Under the pieces are notes generated by a model, which saw only the letters and a list, made by a program, of their open reading frames with translations, ran no database searches and was not told where the DNA came from. From assembly GCA_041309605.1 (NCBI GenBank), contig JBFYZH010000115.1:5824-69823 (forward strand): a stretch of 64,000 nucleotides of DNA, given 5' to 3'. The stretch is from Candidatus Krumholzibacteriota bacterium. Its GTDB lineage: Bacteria > Krumholzibacteriota > Krumholzibacteriia > Krumholzibacteriales > Krumholzibacteriaceae. The position numbers and the translations under genes are program-made. Positions 1 through 8,223 of the stretch are shown one piece after another (the first letter of the stretch is position 1; every line of letters starts with the position of its first letter).

Positions 1-2109
1 GATGTGACGGTCGCCGGCGATTACGCGTATGTCGCCGATCATGAAGCCGGACTCAAAATAATCGATATCGGCAATCCATGGGAACCGGAGCTGGAGGGAT
101 ATTACGATTCGCTCGGCACGGTCTACGATGTGGCGGTCTCGGGCGACTACGCCTATCTGGCGAACGGCCTTTCAGGTCTGCTGGTGGTGGATATATCCGA
201 TCCCGCCGGCCCGAAGCGCGCGGGGAGTTACGATACTCCCGGCAACGCCCAGGGTGTGGCGGTGTCCGGCGATTATGCTTATGTGGCTGATGGATCGGCG
301 GGGATACTGGTGGTCGATATTTCGGATCCGGCGGCTCCATCGTACGCGGACCTTCTCGGGACGAGCTACAATTCGAGAAATATCGCCATTTCCGGAGATC
401 GTGCCTATGTGGCGGACGGGACCGGCGGCCTGTGGGTCGTCGGCATCGCCGATCCGGCGGATATCCAGGACGTCGATAGAACAACGTTCAGCAGCGAAGC
501 GAAGGGAATTGCGCTGTCGGGCGATCACGCGTTTATCGCGAGCTCAAATCAGGGTCTCCGGGTTTTTGATATTTCGGATCCTGACAATCCGTTCCATGTG
601 GCCTCGGTACCCGTCCTGAATGCCGAGGATGTGGATATATCGGGCGATTATCTGTACCTTGCGGGCAATTACGAAGGACTTCATGTGTTCGATATAAGCG
701 ATGTCTCCAATCCGGTGAATATCGGTACGTGCGATACACCCGGCCTTGTCTTTGGAGCGGCCTTCTCGGGCGATCACGTATTTACGGCCGATTGGAACTC
801 CGGGCTTCAGGTGGTCGAGGTTTTCCGGAGAAGTTTTGACGAAGCGCGCGATATCGCGCAGTCGGTCGCCTTCGACGGCGGGGATGACGTGATAAGGTGG
901 GCGCGGCTCGAGAGCGACCAGCTCGACGGCGTCACGTGGGAACTGAGCGCCGACGGCGGCGGCAACTGGGAGGAGGTCCTTCCCGGCGCCGATTGGGTAA
1001 GGCTCGATCATCCGGGGACGGATCTTTTGTGGCGATCCACCCACTCGCATGTCGATTATCACGTCAACCCTTCCTGCACAAGCCTCGAACTAGAGTGGCT
1101 TAACGATTACGTGCTTATCGATGCAATCGCCGATGTTCCGAACGATCAGGGCGGGCAGGTGAGGATCGAATGGATGCGAAGCGCGCTGGACTACCGGGGC
1201 AGCACAACGCCGATAACCGGGTACTCGATATACCGGCGTATAGATCGGGAATTGACTCTGCCCGGGACGGCCGGAAACGCCGGCGATCCGGATCCGGCGA
1301 CGAAGGTCGATGAGCGTCCCAGGCCCCTGTATCCGCCGGGTGACTGGGATTTCGTCACGACGGTACCCGCGCGCCAGGAGGATATATATTCGGTGATCGT
1401 TTCCACGCTTGCCGACTCGACGATAACGGAAGGCATGTATTATTCGACATTTTTTATCAGCGCGCTGACTGAAACGATCTGGGTGTACTATGACTCGGCC
1501 CCGGACAGCGGTTATTCGGTGGACAACCTCTCTCCGCAGGTGCCGTTCGGTTTCGCGGTCGCCTACAACACCGGCGGCGGAAACGAACTCGCGTGGGAGG
1601 AATCCTCCGACGCGGATTTCATGTACTTCCGCATATACAGAAGCGAATCCGGGGAGTTCGTCGCGTCAGCGGAAAATTATATCCATGGCGTGACCGGCGC
1701 CGGATGGACCGATCCCGTGGAAGAGGGCTACAGGTATTTCTATAAAGTAAGCACCGTCGATTTTTCGGGTAACGAAAGCGAGGCGGTTTCACCCGCCTCG
1801 ATCACAGGAGAGGATCTACCACCCGCTCCGAAGACGTTCGCCCTTTACCAGAACGCGCCCAATCCGTTCAATCCGGCGACCACGATTGGATTCGACCTTC
1901 CCCGGACTGCGAACGTCAGCCTGACCGTCTATAATATCAAGGGCGAACTCGTCGCGATCCTGGAAGACGGGCAGATGACCGCGGGTCGCAAAGAGGTTTA
2001 CTGGGACGGGAAGAACGACAGGGGAGAGGCGGTCGCCAGCGGCGTCTACTTCTACCGTCTTGTCGCCGGCGATTTCGTGCAGACGAGGAAAATAGTGCTC
2101 CTTCGCTGA
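1..2109 (+). CDS. Secreted LVIVD-repeat (beta-propeller) protein, 5'-partial. It has an FN3-like middle region and a C-terminal FlgD-Ig-like/T9SS-type sorting domain.
   Basis: Repeated 'GDYAYVAD..GL.IIDIS(D)P' LVIVD-type motifs recur about 8 times. The C-terminal ~90 aa 'FALYQNAPNPFNPATTIGFDLP...VYNIKGELVAIL...WDGKNDRGEAVASGVYFYRLVAGDFVQTRKIVLL' matches the T9SS/FlgD-Ig CTD also present in the 8224 and 11930 genes. The ORF is open to the window edge. Confidence 0.75.
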   Translation, partial: DVTVAGDYAYVADHEAGLKIIDIGNPWEPELEGYYDSLGTVYDVAVSGDYAYLANGLSGLLVVDISDPAGPKRAGSYDTPGNAQGVAVSGDYAYVADGSAGILVVDISDPAAPSYADLLGTSYNSRNIAISGDRAYVADGTGGLWVVGIADPADIQDVDRTTFSSEAKGIALSGDHAFIASSNQGLRVFDISDPDNPFHVASVPVLNAEDVDISGDYLYLAGNYEGLHVFDISDVSNPVNIGTCDTPGLVFGAAFSGDHVFTADWNSGLQVVEVFRRSFDEARDIAQSVAFDGGDDVIRWARLESDQLDGVTWELSADGGGNWEEVLPGADWVRLDHPGTDLLWRSTHSHVDYHVNPSCTSLELEWLNDYVLIDAIADVPNDQGGQVRIEWMRSALDYRGSTTPITGYSIYRRIDRELTLPGTAGNAGDPDPATKVDERPRPLYPPGDWDFVTTVPARQEDIYSVIVSTLADSTITEGMYYSTFFISALTETIWVYYDSAPDSGYSVDNLSPQVPFGFAVAYNTGGGNELAWEESSDADFMYFRIYRSESGEFVASAENYIHGVTGAGWTDPVEEGYRYFYKVSTVDFSGNESEAVSPASITGEDLPPAPKTFALYQNAPNPFNPATTIGFDLPRTANVSLTVYNIKGELVAILEDGQMTAGRKEVYWDGKNDRGEAVASGVYFYRLVAGDFVQTRKIVLLR

Positions 2110-2254
2110 TATGGATCCGGGTGGTGTCAACCGGTATTTAAAAAGTTCTTCCATACGGTTGCCGACCAAAATACGATGCATCGCATAAAAGTCGTGACCA
2201 TTCTGCGAAACCAGGCCCAGTCGACGAGTGTCAACGTAGCCGGGGGCCTGCCCC

Positions 2255-3646
2255 TTAACTTGTCGCGCCTTCAATGATATCGGGCCAGGGGGGAACGGCT
2301 TTTGTCCTTATGCCGAAGATGTTTCCGAAGAGGCGCCACTCATTGATGATATCGTTGAATACATCGCCGAACTGTTTTTCCCCGACCATCAACCTCGTGA
2401 ACAGATCTTCGATAACGGGTTCGACGTCCATGAGACGACGAGAAAGGGGATTGTTCATGAGCCGGGCTATCCTTGACGACCATTGAAGTATTTGGGTCAG
2501 GGCAGCCACTTCGGGGGCGTCTGACAATCTTTCGTTGTTCTGGAAATGAAGCACGGCCAGGGACATATATTCGGGCAGTTTCCATTCCTGGAGCAGCCTG
2601 GCGGTCAGTTCCGTTTCGGCAAGAGGGAGCTTTTCGGGATAAAGTTCCATCATCGTCTTCTCAGAACCTTCCTTTCTGCGGAGAAGATAGTCGCCGTATT
2701 CGGCGGAGAAGGTCGATGCATAAGCGAGCTCGCCGATCCTGTGGAGCAGTCCCGCCGTCAAACAGTTTTCCGGGCTTATTTTGTTTGTAAAGATCTTCGA
2801 GATTCTGCGGGCGGCCGCGGCGCTGCTCTCACTCCAGAACGCCTCATAATCGAACCCTTCGCATTTCGGCATCTTTCTGGACATCAGGGCGACTTGAAGG
2901 GCTATTCTCATGAGAGGGCCGAGACCTGTATAAACGATGGCATCATGCAGGGATTCGATTTTTTCCCGCGAACCGCAATAGGCGGAACCAGCGTACTGGA
3001 TAACCCTCCCTGCAATCGCGGGGTCCTTTTCCACGATACTGGAAATCTGACCGATGGTAAGAGTGTCGCTTTTGCTGATCGAGATCACCTTCCATGCGGT
3101 GTCGTTGCTGGTGATAAGGCGGATTCCCGGCCTGATCCGGTTGTAAAGAAGCTCCTTCTCCGGTTTGAGCACGGATTGTTCCGGGAAGGTCGAACCGGAT
3201 CGGGCCTGTTCCAGAATCATCGCATGTTCCGGCAGGATGGACCTGTTAAGGGAGATCGATCCGATATACAACGTCCCGCCCTTGTCATTGATAGCGTCGA
3301 TGCGATCGTTAAGCTCGTCTATTTTGCGGCCTATATTATCAAGATATTCCTTAAATTCCGCGCTATCCGTTCCGGTTTTATTTATCGATATCGTAACTAT
3401 TGGAGACAGGATCCTGATTGTAGGGTTGATTGTGACGTTTTTAAACTCCGCGAGCTTTAGGTTGGAGAGCTTTTCCAGCAGATCCTTGAAACGGCCCTCA
3501 CGGAAAATCAGGCTGACGATCCCGTTGAACAGGCTGGCAATCTTTCGGAAACGGCCGTCGATTCCGCCGCCGAGCTTATGACGGGCACGATATTTCACCA
3601 TGCCGGAAGGATTCGATGAATAATCGTTTTTCTCTTTTTCGACCAT
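2255..3646 (-). CDS. HDOD-domain signalling protein with an uncharacterised N-terminal half
   Basis: C-terminal ~200 aa carry HDOD-like motifs: 'ISSIVEKDPAIAGRVIQYA', 'HDAIVYTGLGPLMRIALQVAL', 'HRIGELAYASTFSAEYG', 'LTARLLQEWKLPEYMSLAVLHF'. Its start overlaps the stop of the 91-aa gene (TGATG). Confidence 0.65.
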   Translation of the reverse strand: MVEKEKNDYSSNPSGMVKYRARHKLGGGIDGRFRKIASLFNGIVSLIFREGRFKDLLEKLSNLKLAEFKNVTINPTIRILSPIVTISINKTGTDSAEFKEYLDNIGRKIDELNDRIDAINDKGGTLYIGSISLNRSILPEHAMILEQARSGSTFPEQSVLKPEKELLYNRIRPGIRLITSNDTAWKVISISKSDTLTIGQISSIVEKDPAIAGRVIQYAGSAYCGSREKIESLHDAIVYTGLGPLMRIALQVALMSRKMPKCEGFDYEAFWSESSAAAARRISKIFTNKISPENCLTAGLLHRIGELAYASTFSAEYGDYLLRRKEGSEKTMMELYPEKLPLAETELTARLLQEWKLPEYMSLAVLHFQNNERLSDAPEVAALTQILQWSSRIARLMNNPLSRRLMDVEPVIEDLFTRLMVGEKQFGDVFNDIINEWRLFGNIFGIRTKAVPPWPDIIEGATS

Positions 3647-3921
3647 CAATCCTTCTCCTGTTTCGGATGTAACTTTTCGAAAACCATTCCTTCTCCGCCA
3701 AGAGCTTTGTTCAGTTCGGAAAATGCCCGGAAAAGAGCATCTATTTCTCCCGGGCTCGCGCTCCCCGGATCGATATAAAGGTCGAAGCCGGTATCTTTAT
3801 CGTTCATGGCATTGTTTGGTTTTCCTTGATCTAAAAGAACGGTGCCGGCAGGGTTGCGGGTTTTTTCATCGCTTGCTTTCTTTTTTTCTTCGATCTTTTC
3901 GTGAAGGTCCAGAGTAGCCAT
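3646..3921 (-). CDS. Small charged hypothetical protein (91 aa), translationally coupled to the HDOD gene
   Basis: Open frame with a stop/start overlap onto the downstream HDOD gene. Lys/Glu/Asp-rich. No recognisable domain. Confidence 0.4.
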   Translation of the reverse strand: MATLDLHEKIEEKKKASDEKTRNPAGTVLLDQGKPNNAMNDKDTGFDLYIDPGSASPGEIDALFRAFSELNKALGGEGMVFEKLHPKQEKD

Positions 3922-4079
3922 ACGATATCCTCTTTCTGCTTTTATCCAAAGGCATCCTTGTTGTGCGGTCGATGTTGTTTCCAGATAATATTAATCCCTT
4001 GCGCCTGACCCGGTTATCGGTCTTTTAAGGCGGGAATTTAGAAAAAACCGCACAAATGAGATATTGCAGGCTTGTTTAT

Positions 4080-4114
4080 ACATAGTATGTCGGGAAAATG
4101 ACGACATAGTATGT
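4080..4114. promoter_or_regulatory. Two copies of an 11-bp palindrome ACATAnTATGT, centres 24 bp apart, in an AT-rich divergent intergenic region
   Basis: Seen directly: acatagtatgt at 4080-4090 and 4104-4114. The AT-rich island (3950-4290) contrasts with the ~64 % GC context. It lies between the divergent HDOD operon (-) and the AsnB-like gene (+). Confidence 0.3.
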
Positions 4115-4293
4115 ATAAAAACGAGATTTCTTCCAGAATTCAGCCGATCAGTATTCGCGTGACATCCGGGCCTCTTTGGTGTACCATGATCTCTGATCTT
4201 TGGGCAAAATAACAATAAACATCATTGGCGAATAATACGTGAACGGGAAGAAAACCGGCCGGCCGGGATTGCCTCTTAGGAAAGGTGCGGAAT

Positions 4294-6186
4294 ATGCCGG
4301 GGATAAGCCTCGTCCATCGAAAGAACGGCATTGCGCCCATCGAACGCGCGCTGATCGGCGCGGCCCTCGGATCGGCGGTTCAACACGGGGGCTATCGGAA
4401 GAGCACCCTTGTCGACGGTAAGGATCTTTTCCTCGGCGCGACGCGGCATTCGAAATATCCGGTGACGGTGTTCGAAAGCGGGGAACTATTCGTTTGCGTC
4501 GAGGGGCGAATCTACGGCAAGCCGCCCGGTGTCGTCCGGCACGAGTTGCTGAATCTCTCGCCGTCGATCTTTGCCGGCAGCCGAGGCTATAAGGAACAAA
4601 TCGTCCGGTGGCTCTTCGATACGGACGGGGATTATATCGTCTTCATCCTCCACAAGCCCTCCGGGGAGCTATGCATCTTCAACGACGCTCTCGCGCGGCT
4701 CCCGCTTTTCTATCACAATTCGGGCGGCGCGCTCATTGTCTCGAGGGAGCCCCGCTTCATCACGAACGTGCTGGGCCGGGTGCAGTTCGACCGCGAGTCG
4801 ATCGCCCAGTACCTGCTGTTCGGTTATCCGCTCGGAGACAGGACGGTATTCAGCGACATCCATCAGATGTTTCCGGCATCGATCATCAGGGCTGGAGGTT
4901 TTAGGGGCGCAGGGGGCTCCGGCGGTGGGGACCGCACAGGTTTTTGTGTAGATGGCGCCGCCGGCGGGATAACCGTCGAGAGGCTGCACCGGCACAACTT
5001 CGAGGACCGGACCGGGAATGGCTCGGATGTCCGGGGATACGCCCGCGACCTGGCCGGGCTTTTCGAGAAGGCCTGCCGGGACCGCCACGATCAGGAGGAC
5101 CGGAACATCGTTGCCCTGAGCAGCGGGATGGATTCGCGAATGGTCGCCTCGTGTCTTGCGAGAACGGGCCTTCCGTTCTCCAGCGAAACATTTCGTTACG
5201 ACCATTTCGCGTATGAGAAGGACGTACGCACGGCGAAACTGGTGGCAGGGACCCTCGGCTGCGAATGGAAACTCCTTCAGATCGAGCCTGCAATGGGGAA
5301 GGATGTCCTTGATCTGCTGCGGATGAAGGACGGCCTGAATTTTCTCGGAATGAGTTTCTCGCTTCCGCTCTTCCGAAGGATCAGGGAGGCTTTCGGCGAA
5401 CGGGTTACCCTTTTCACCGGCGACGGCGGCGACAAGGTGCTCCGGGATATCAGGCCCGCCGTGCGGATCGGTGATATGGACGGATTCGTAAAATATGTCG
5501 TCGCGGCAAATCAACTGATGCCCATCGACCTGGTGGCGGAGACGGCCCATGTGCGAAGGGATGACATCGTCGAAGGGCTCAGGCGGCATTTCGAGTCGTA
5601 CGACGAGCGGGACCTGCGGCTGAAATACGTTCATTTCCTTATCTGCGAACGGTGCATGAAGTGGCTGTTCCACGGGGAGGATAGGAACCGGTGCGCCTTC
5701 TGGCAGGCGGCGCCGATGTACTCGATCCGGTTTTTCGAGCGCGTCATGGACTGTCCGTTCGAGTTCAAGAAAGGGTACCGTCTTTACCGGGAGATGCTCG
5801 TTCTCTTCTCGCGCGAGGCCGCCGATATAGTCAACACCGAGTGGAACCTCCCCGTCACATCCAGCAGGCTTCGCTGGTACTGGATGATGAGGGAGATCTA
5901 CCTTCGCCTGCCGGTACCGCTGCGAAAATTCGTCAGGTCGCGATACCGGTACCACAGAAGCGCCGGCGGTTACCCTGAGAACAGCGACGTCATGAGATGT
6001 TTCTTCGGGCAGTCGGCGAGTTGCGCCGCGATTTCCGAATATCTTTCGATCGACGCGATCCGCCGCAATCTCGGCCGCATCGACAGGTTGGGTTTCGATC
6101 ACCTTTTCACGCTGACCTCGATGATCGAGGACTTCACAGGGCCGCGAAGCTCGATCGAGGACTACTTCAACCGCGAACTCATATAA
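4294..6186 (+). CDS. Asparagine synthetase B-like PP-loop amidotransferase homologue lacking the N-terminal Cys nucleophile (McjC/lasso-cyclase-like architecture)
   Basis: PP-loop 'NIVALSSGMDSRMVAS' (SGGxDS variant). Degenerate GATase-II-like N-domain ('VCVEGRIYGKP' ~ NGEIYN) but Pro where Cys2 should be ('MPGIS'). RBS AGGAAAGG sits 10 nt before ATG 4294. GTG 4285 is an alternative start. Confidence 0.7.
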   Translation: MPGISLVHRKNGIAPIERALIGAALGSAVQHGGYRKSTLVDGKDLFLGATRHSKYPVTVFESGELFVCVEGRIYGKPPGVVRHELLNLSPSIFAGSRGYKEQIVRWLFDTDGDYIVFILHKPSGELCIFNDALARLPLFYHNSGGALIVSREPRFITNVLGRVQFDRESIAQYLLFGYPLGDRTVFSDIHQMFPASIIRAGGFRGAGGSGGGDRTGFCVDGAAGGITVERLHRHNFEDRTGNGSDVRGYARDLAGLFEKACRDRHDQEDRNIVALSSGMDSRMVASCLARTGLPFSSETFRYDHFAYEKDVRTAKLVAGTLGCEWKLLQIEPAMGKDVLDLLRMKDGLNFLGMSFSLPLFRRIREAFGERVTLFTGDGGDKVLRDIRPAVRIGDMDGFVKYVVAANQLMPIDLVAETAHVRRDDIVEGLRRHFESYDERDLRLKYVHFLICERCMKWLFHGEDRNRCAFWQAAPMYSIRFFERVMDCPFEFKKGYRLYREMLVLFSREAADIVNTEWNLPVTSSRLRWYWMMREIYLRLPVPLRKFVRSRYRYHRSAGGYPENSDVMRCFFGQSASCAAISEYLSIDAIRRNLGRIDRLGFDHLFTLTSMIEDFTGPRSSIEDYFNRELI

Positions 6187-6258
6187 CGAACCGGTTGGAT
6201 GTATGACTGCCGCAAGGCGCCGGAAGGTGGAATGCGCGAAAAACCATACTGTTTAGGA

Positions 6259-6287
6259 TTGACATTCCTGTATTGTACGATTTCAAT
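6259..6287 (+). promoter_or_regulatory. Putative sigma70-type promoter (TTGACA-N17-TTCAAT) upstream of the amidase gene
   Basis: TTGACA at 6259-6264, 17-nt spacer, TTCAAT at 6282-6287. Weak -10. Confidence 0.25.
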
Positions 6288-6320
6288 GGATTGAACTTTA
6301 TTCGGATCGAGAGGTGCATT

Positions 6321-7991
6321 ATGAGCGGAAGATACAGATTTGCGGCGGGCGTTCTATTAACGTCAATGGCGTTCGTTCTTACGGCTTTAATTCCTGCGGC
6401 GGGTGGCGCGGCCGCGCAGGAGATATCGAAGGAGAACCTATCCGGCGCCGAGAAAGTCATCGGGCTGGAATTCATCGATAGCGAACGCGACTCGATGCTG
6501 CAGGATCTGATCGACAACCTGCATGGCTATATGGCGCTGAGAGGAGTTGCGATTCCAAACCGGGTTCCGCCGGCGCTGGAGTTCAACCCGATCCCGGCCG
6601 GATTTAAATTCGAAACGAAGGAACGGAAATTCGTCTCGAGCAGGGCGCGAAAGCCCGAAAGGCCGGCGAATCTCGAGGAACTCGCGTTCTGGCCGGTCCG
6701 CGATCTCGCAGAGCTCGTTCGCACGAAGAAGGTCAGTTCGACCGAGCTTACGAAGTTATTCCTCGAACGCCTGAAGAAATACGGCCCGAAGCTGGAGTGC
6801 GTCATAACCCTCACAGAGGAACGGGCGCTGGAGAGCGCCGCGCACGCCGACAAGGAGATCGCGGCCGGGAAATACCGCGGCCTTCTCCACGGAATCCCGT
6901 ACGGGGCGAAGGACCTTCTCGCGGTCAAGGGATACCCGACGACGTGGGGCGCGATGCCGTACAGGGATCAGGCGATAGATGAGGACGCGTCCGTGATAAA
7001 AAAGCTCGACGAAGCCGGAGCCGTGCTCGTCGCCAAGCTTGCAATGGGCGCCCTCGCGTGGGGGGACGTCTGGTTCGGCGGCACCACGCATAATCCGTGG
7101 AACCTCGAGCAGGGATCGAGCGGCTCGTCGGCCGGATCGGCGTCGGCGACGGCGGCGGGGCTTGTCCCCTTCGCCATCGGGACGGAGACATGGGGCTCGA
7201 TCGTTTCCCCGTCGACGCGCTGCGGAGCGACGGGCCTGCGGCCCACGTACGGGCGGGTGAGCCGCGCGGGAGCGATGGCCTTGAGCTGGTCGATGGACAA
7301 GATCGGGCCGATCTGCCGTACCGTAGAGGATTGCGCGATCGTGTTCGACGCGATACGCGGCTCGGACGGGATCGACCGGACACTGATCGACGCGCCGTTC
7401 AACTACGATCATCGGATCGATATAAAAAAGCTTCGGATCGGTTACCTGAAGAAGCTATTCGAGGACGATTACGAGAACAGCGCTAACGATGCCGCGACGC
7501 TGGCGAAGCTGCGCGAACTCGGGTGCGATCTCGTCGCGATCGAGCTCCCCGACTACCCGGTCGGCTCGATCGCTTTCATCCTCAGCGCGGAGGCGGCTGC
7601 CGCCTTCGACGAGCTGACCCGCTCGGGGCGCGACGACCTGATGGTGAGGCAGACGAGGGACGCCTGGCCGAACGTCTTTCGCGCCTCCAGGCTCATCCCG
7701 GCGGTCGAATACATTCAGGCGAACCGCCTGCGGTATCTCATCATTCAGGATATGCAGAAGCTGGGCGTAGACGTCTGGCTGTCCCCTTCGTTCGAGGGAA
7801 GCAACCTGCTGCTCACAAATCTCACGGGACACCCCTGCGTCGTGCTGCCGAACGGATTCGACGAGAGGGGATGCCCGGCGAGCGTGACCTTTATGGGGAG
7901 GTTGTTCGGGGAGGCGGAGCTTCTCGCCGTCGCAGGGGCTTACCAGGACGCGACAGATTTTCATCTGAGGCATCCGCCGGACTTCAGGTAG
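6321..7991 (+). CDS. Amidase-signature (AS) family amidase, secreted (signal peptide)
   Basis: Gly/Ser-rich AS motif 'GSSGSSAGSASATAAGLVPFAIGTETWGSIVSPS'. N-terminal signal 'MSGRYRFAAGVLLTSMAFVLTALIPAAGGAAAQ'. RBS GAGAGG before ATG 6321. Confidence 0.8.
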   Translation: MSGRYRFAAGVLLTSMAFVLTALIPAAGGAAAQEISKENLSGAEKVIGLEFIDSERDSMLQDLIDNLHGYMALRGVAIPNRVPPALEFNPIPAGFKFETKERKFVSSRARKPERPANLEELAFWPVRDLAELVRTKKVSSTELTKLFLERLKKYGPKLECVITLTEERALESAAHADKEIAAGKYRGLLHGIPYGAKDLLAVKGYPTTWGAMPYRDQAIDEDASVIKKLDEAGAVLVAKLAMGALAWGDVWFGGTTHNPWNLEQGSSGSSAGSASATAAGLVPFAIGTETWGSIVSPSTRCGATGLRPTYGRVSRAGAMALSWSMDKIGPICRTVEDCAIVFDAIRGSDGIDRTLIDAPFNYDHRIDIKKLRIGYLKKLFEDDYENSANDAATLAKLRELGCDLVAIELPDYPVGSIAFILSAEAAAAFDELTRSGRDDLMVRQTRDAWPNVFRASRLIPAVEYIQANRLRYLIIQDMQKLGVDVWLSPSFEGSNLLLTNLTGHPCVVLPNGFDERGCPASVTFMGRLFGEAELLAVAGAYQDATDFHLRHPPDFR

Positions 7992-7992
7992 C

Positions 7993-8028
7993 GGGGCGGG
8001 ATGGCGGGGAAAATGCGCGCCCCGCCCC
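7993..8028 (+). terminator. GC-rich hairpin after the amidase stop (weak terminator candidate, no U tract)
   Basis: ggggcggg (7993-8000) pairs with cccgcccc (8021-8028). No T-run follows. Confidence 0.3.
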
Positions 8029-8223
8029 GACCGCAGACCTGATCATTCACAAAAAGTTTTTCAATAAAGTGTGAGCCGTTACGTGCCGACAATACCTGCG
8101 TGTAAAGGGCAGTGAACAAGGCACGGCATCCTTCGGCCCGGCACCTTCGGCAAATTACGCCCATTATCAGGAAAATACGATCGAAACAGGTCCTTATCGA
8201 ATCAGGTCCTTACCGGCAAGGAG

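Noticed and set aside
4669-6102. 477-aa minus-strand ORF inside the AsnB-like gene
   Set aside because: Fully antisense to a gene with a recognisable PP-loop. Low-complexity Arg/Pro-rich translation.
3950-6186. Lasso-peptide biosynthetic cluster
   Set aside because: The AsnB-like protein has the cyclase-like Cys-less architecture. But no B1/B2 (RRE and transglutaminase-like protease) genes or transporter are adjacent. The best small ORF (33 aa) places Asp at position 10 of a putative G-start core, outside the usual 7-9 ring rule. Kept only as a low-level hypothesis inside the AsnB finding.
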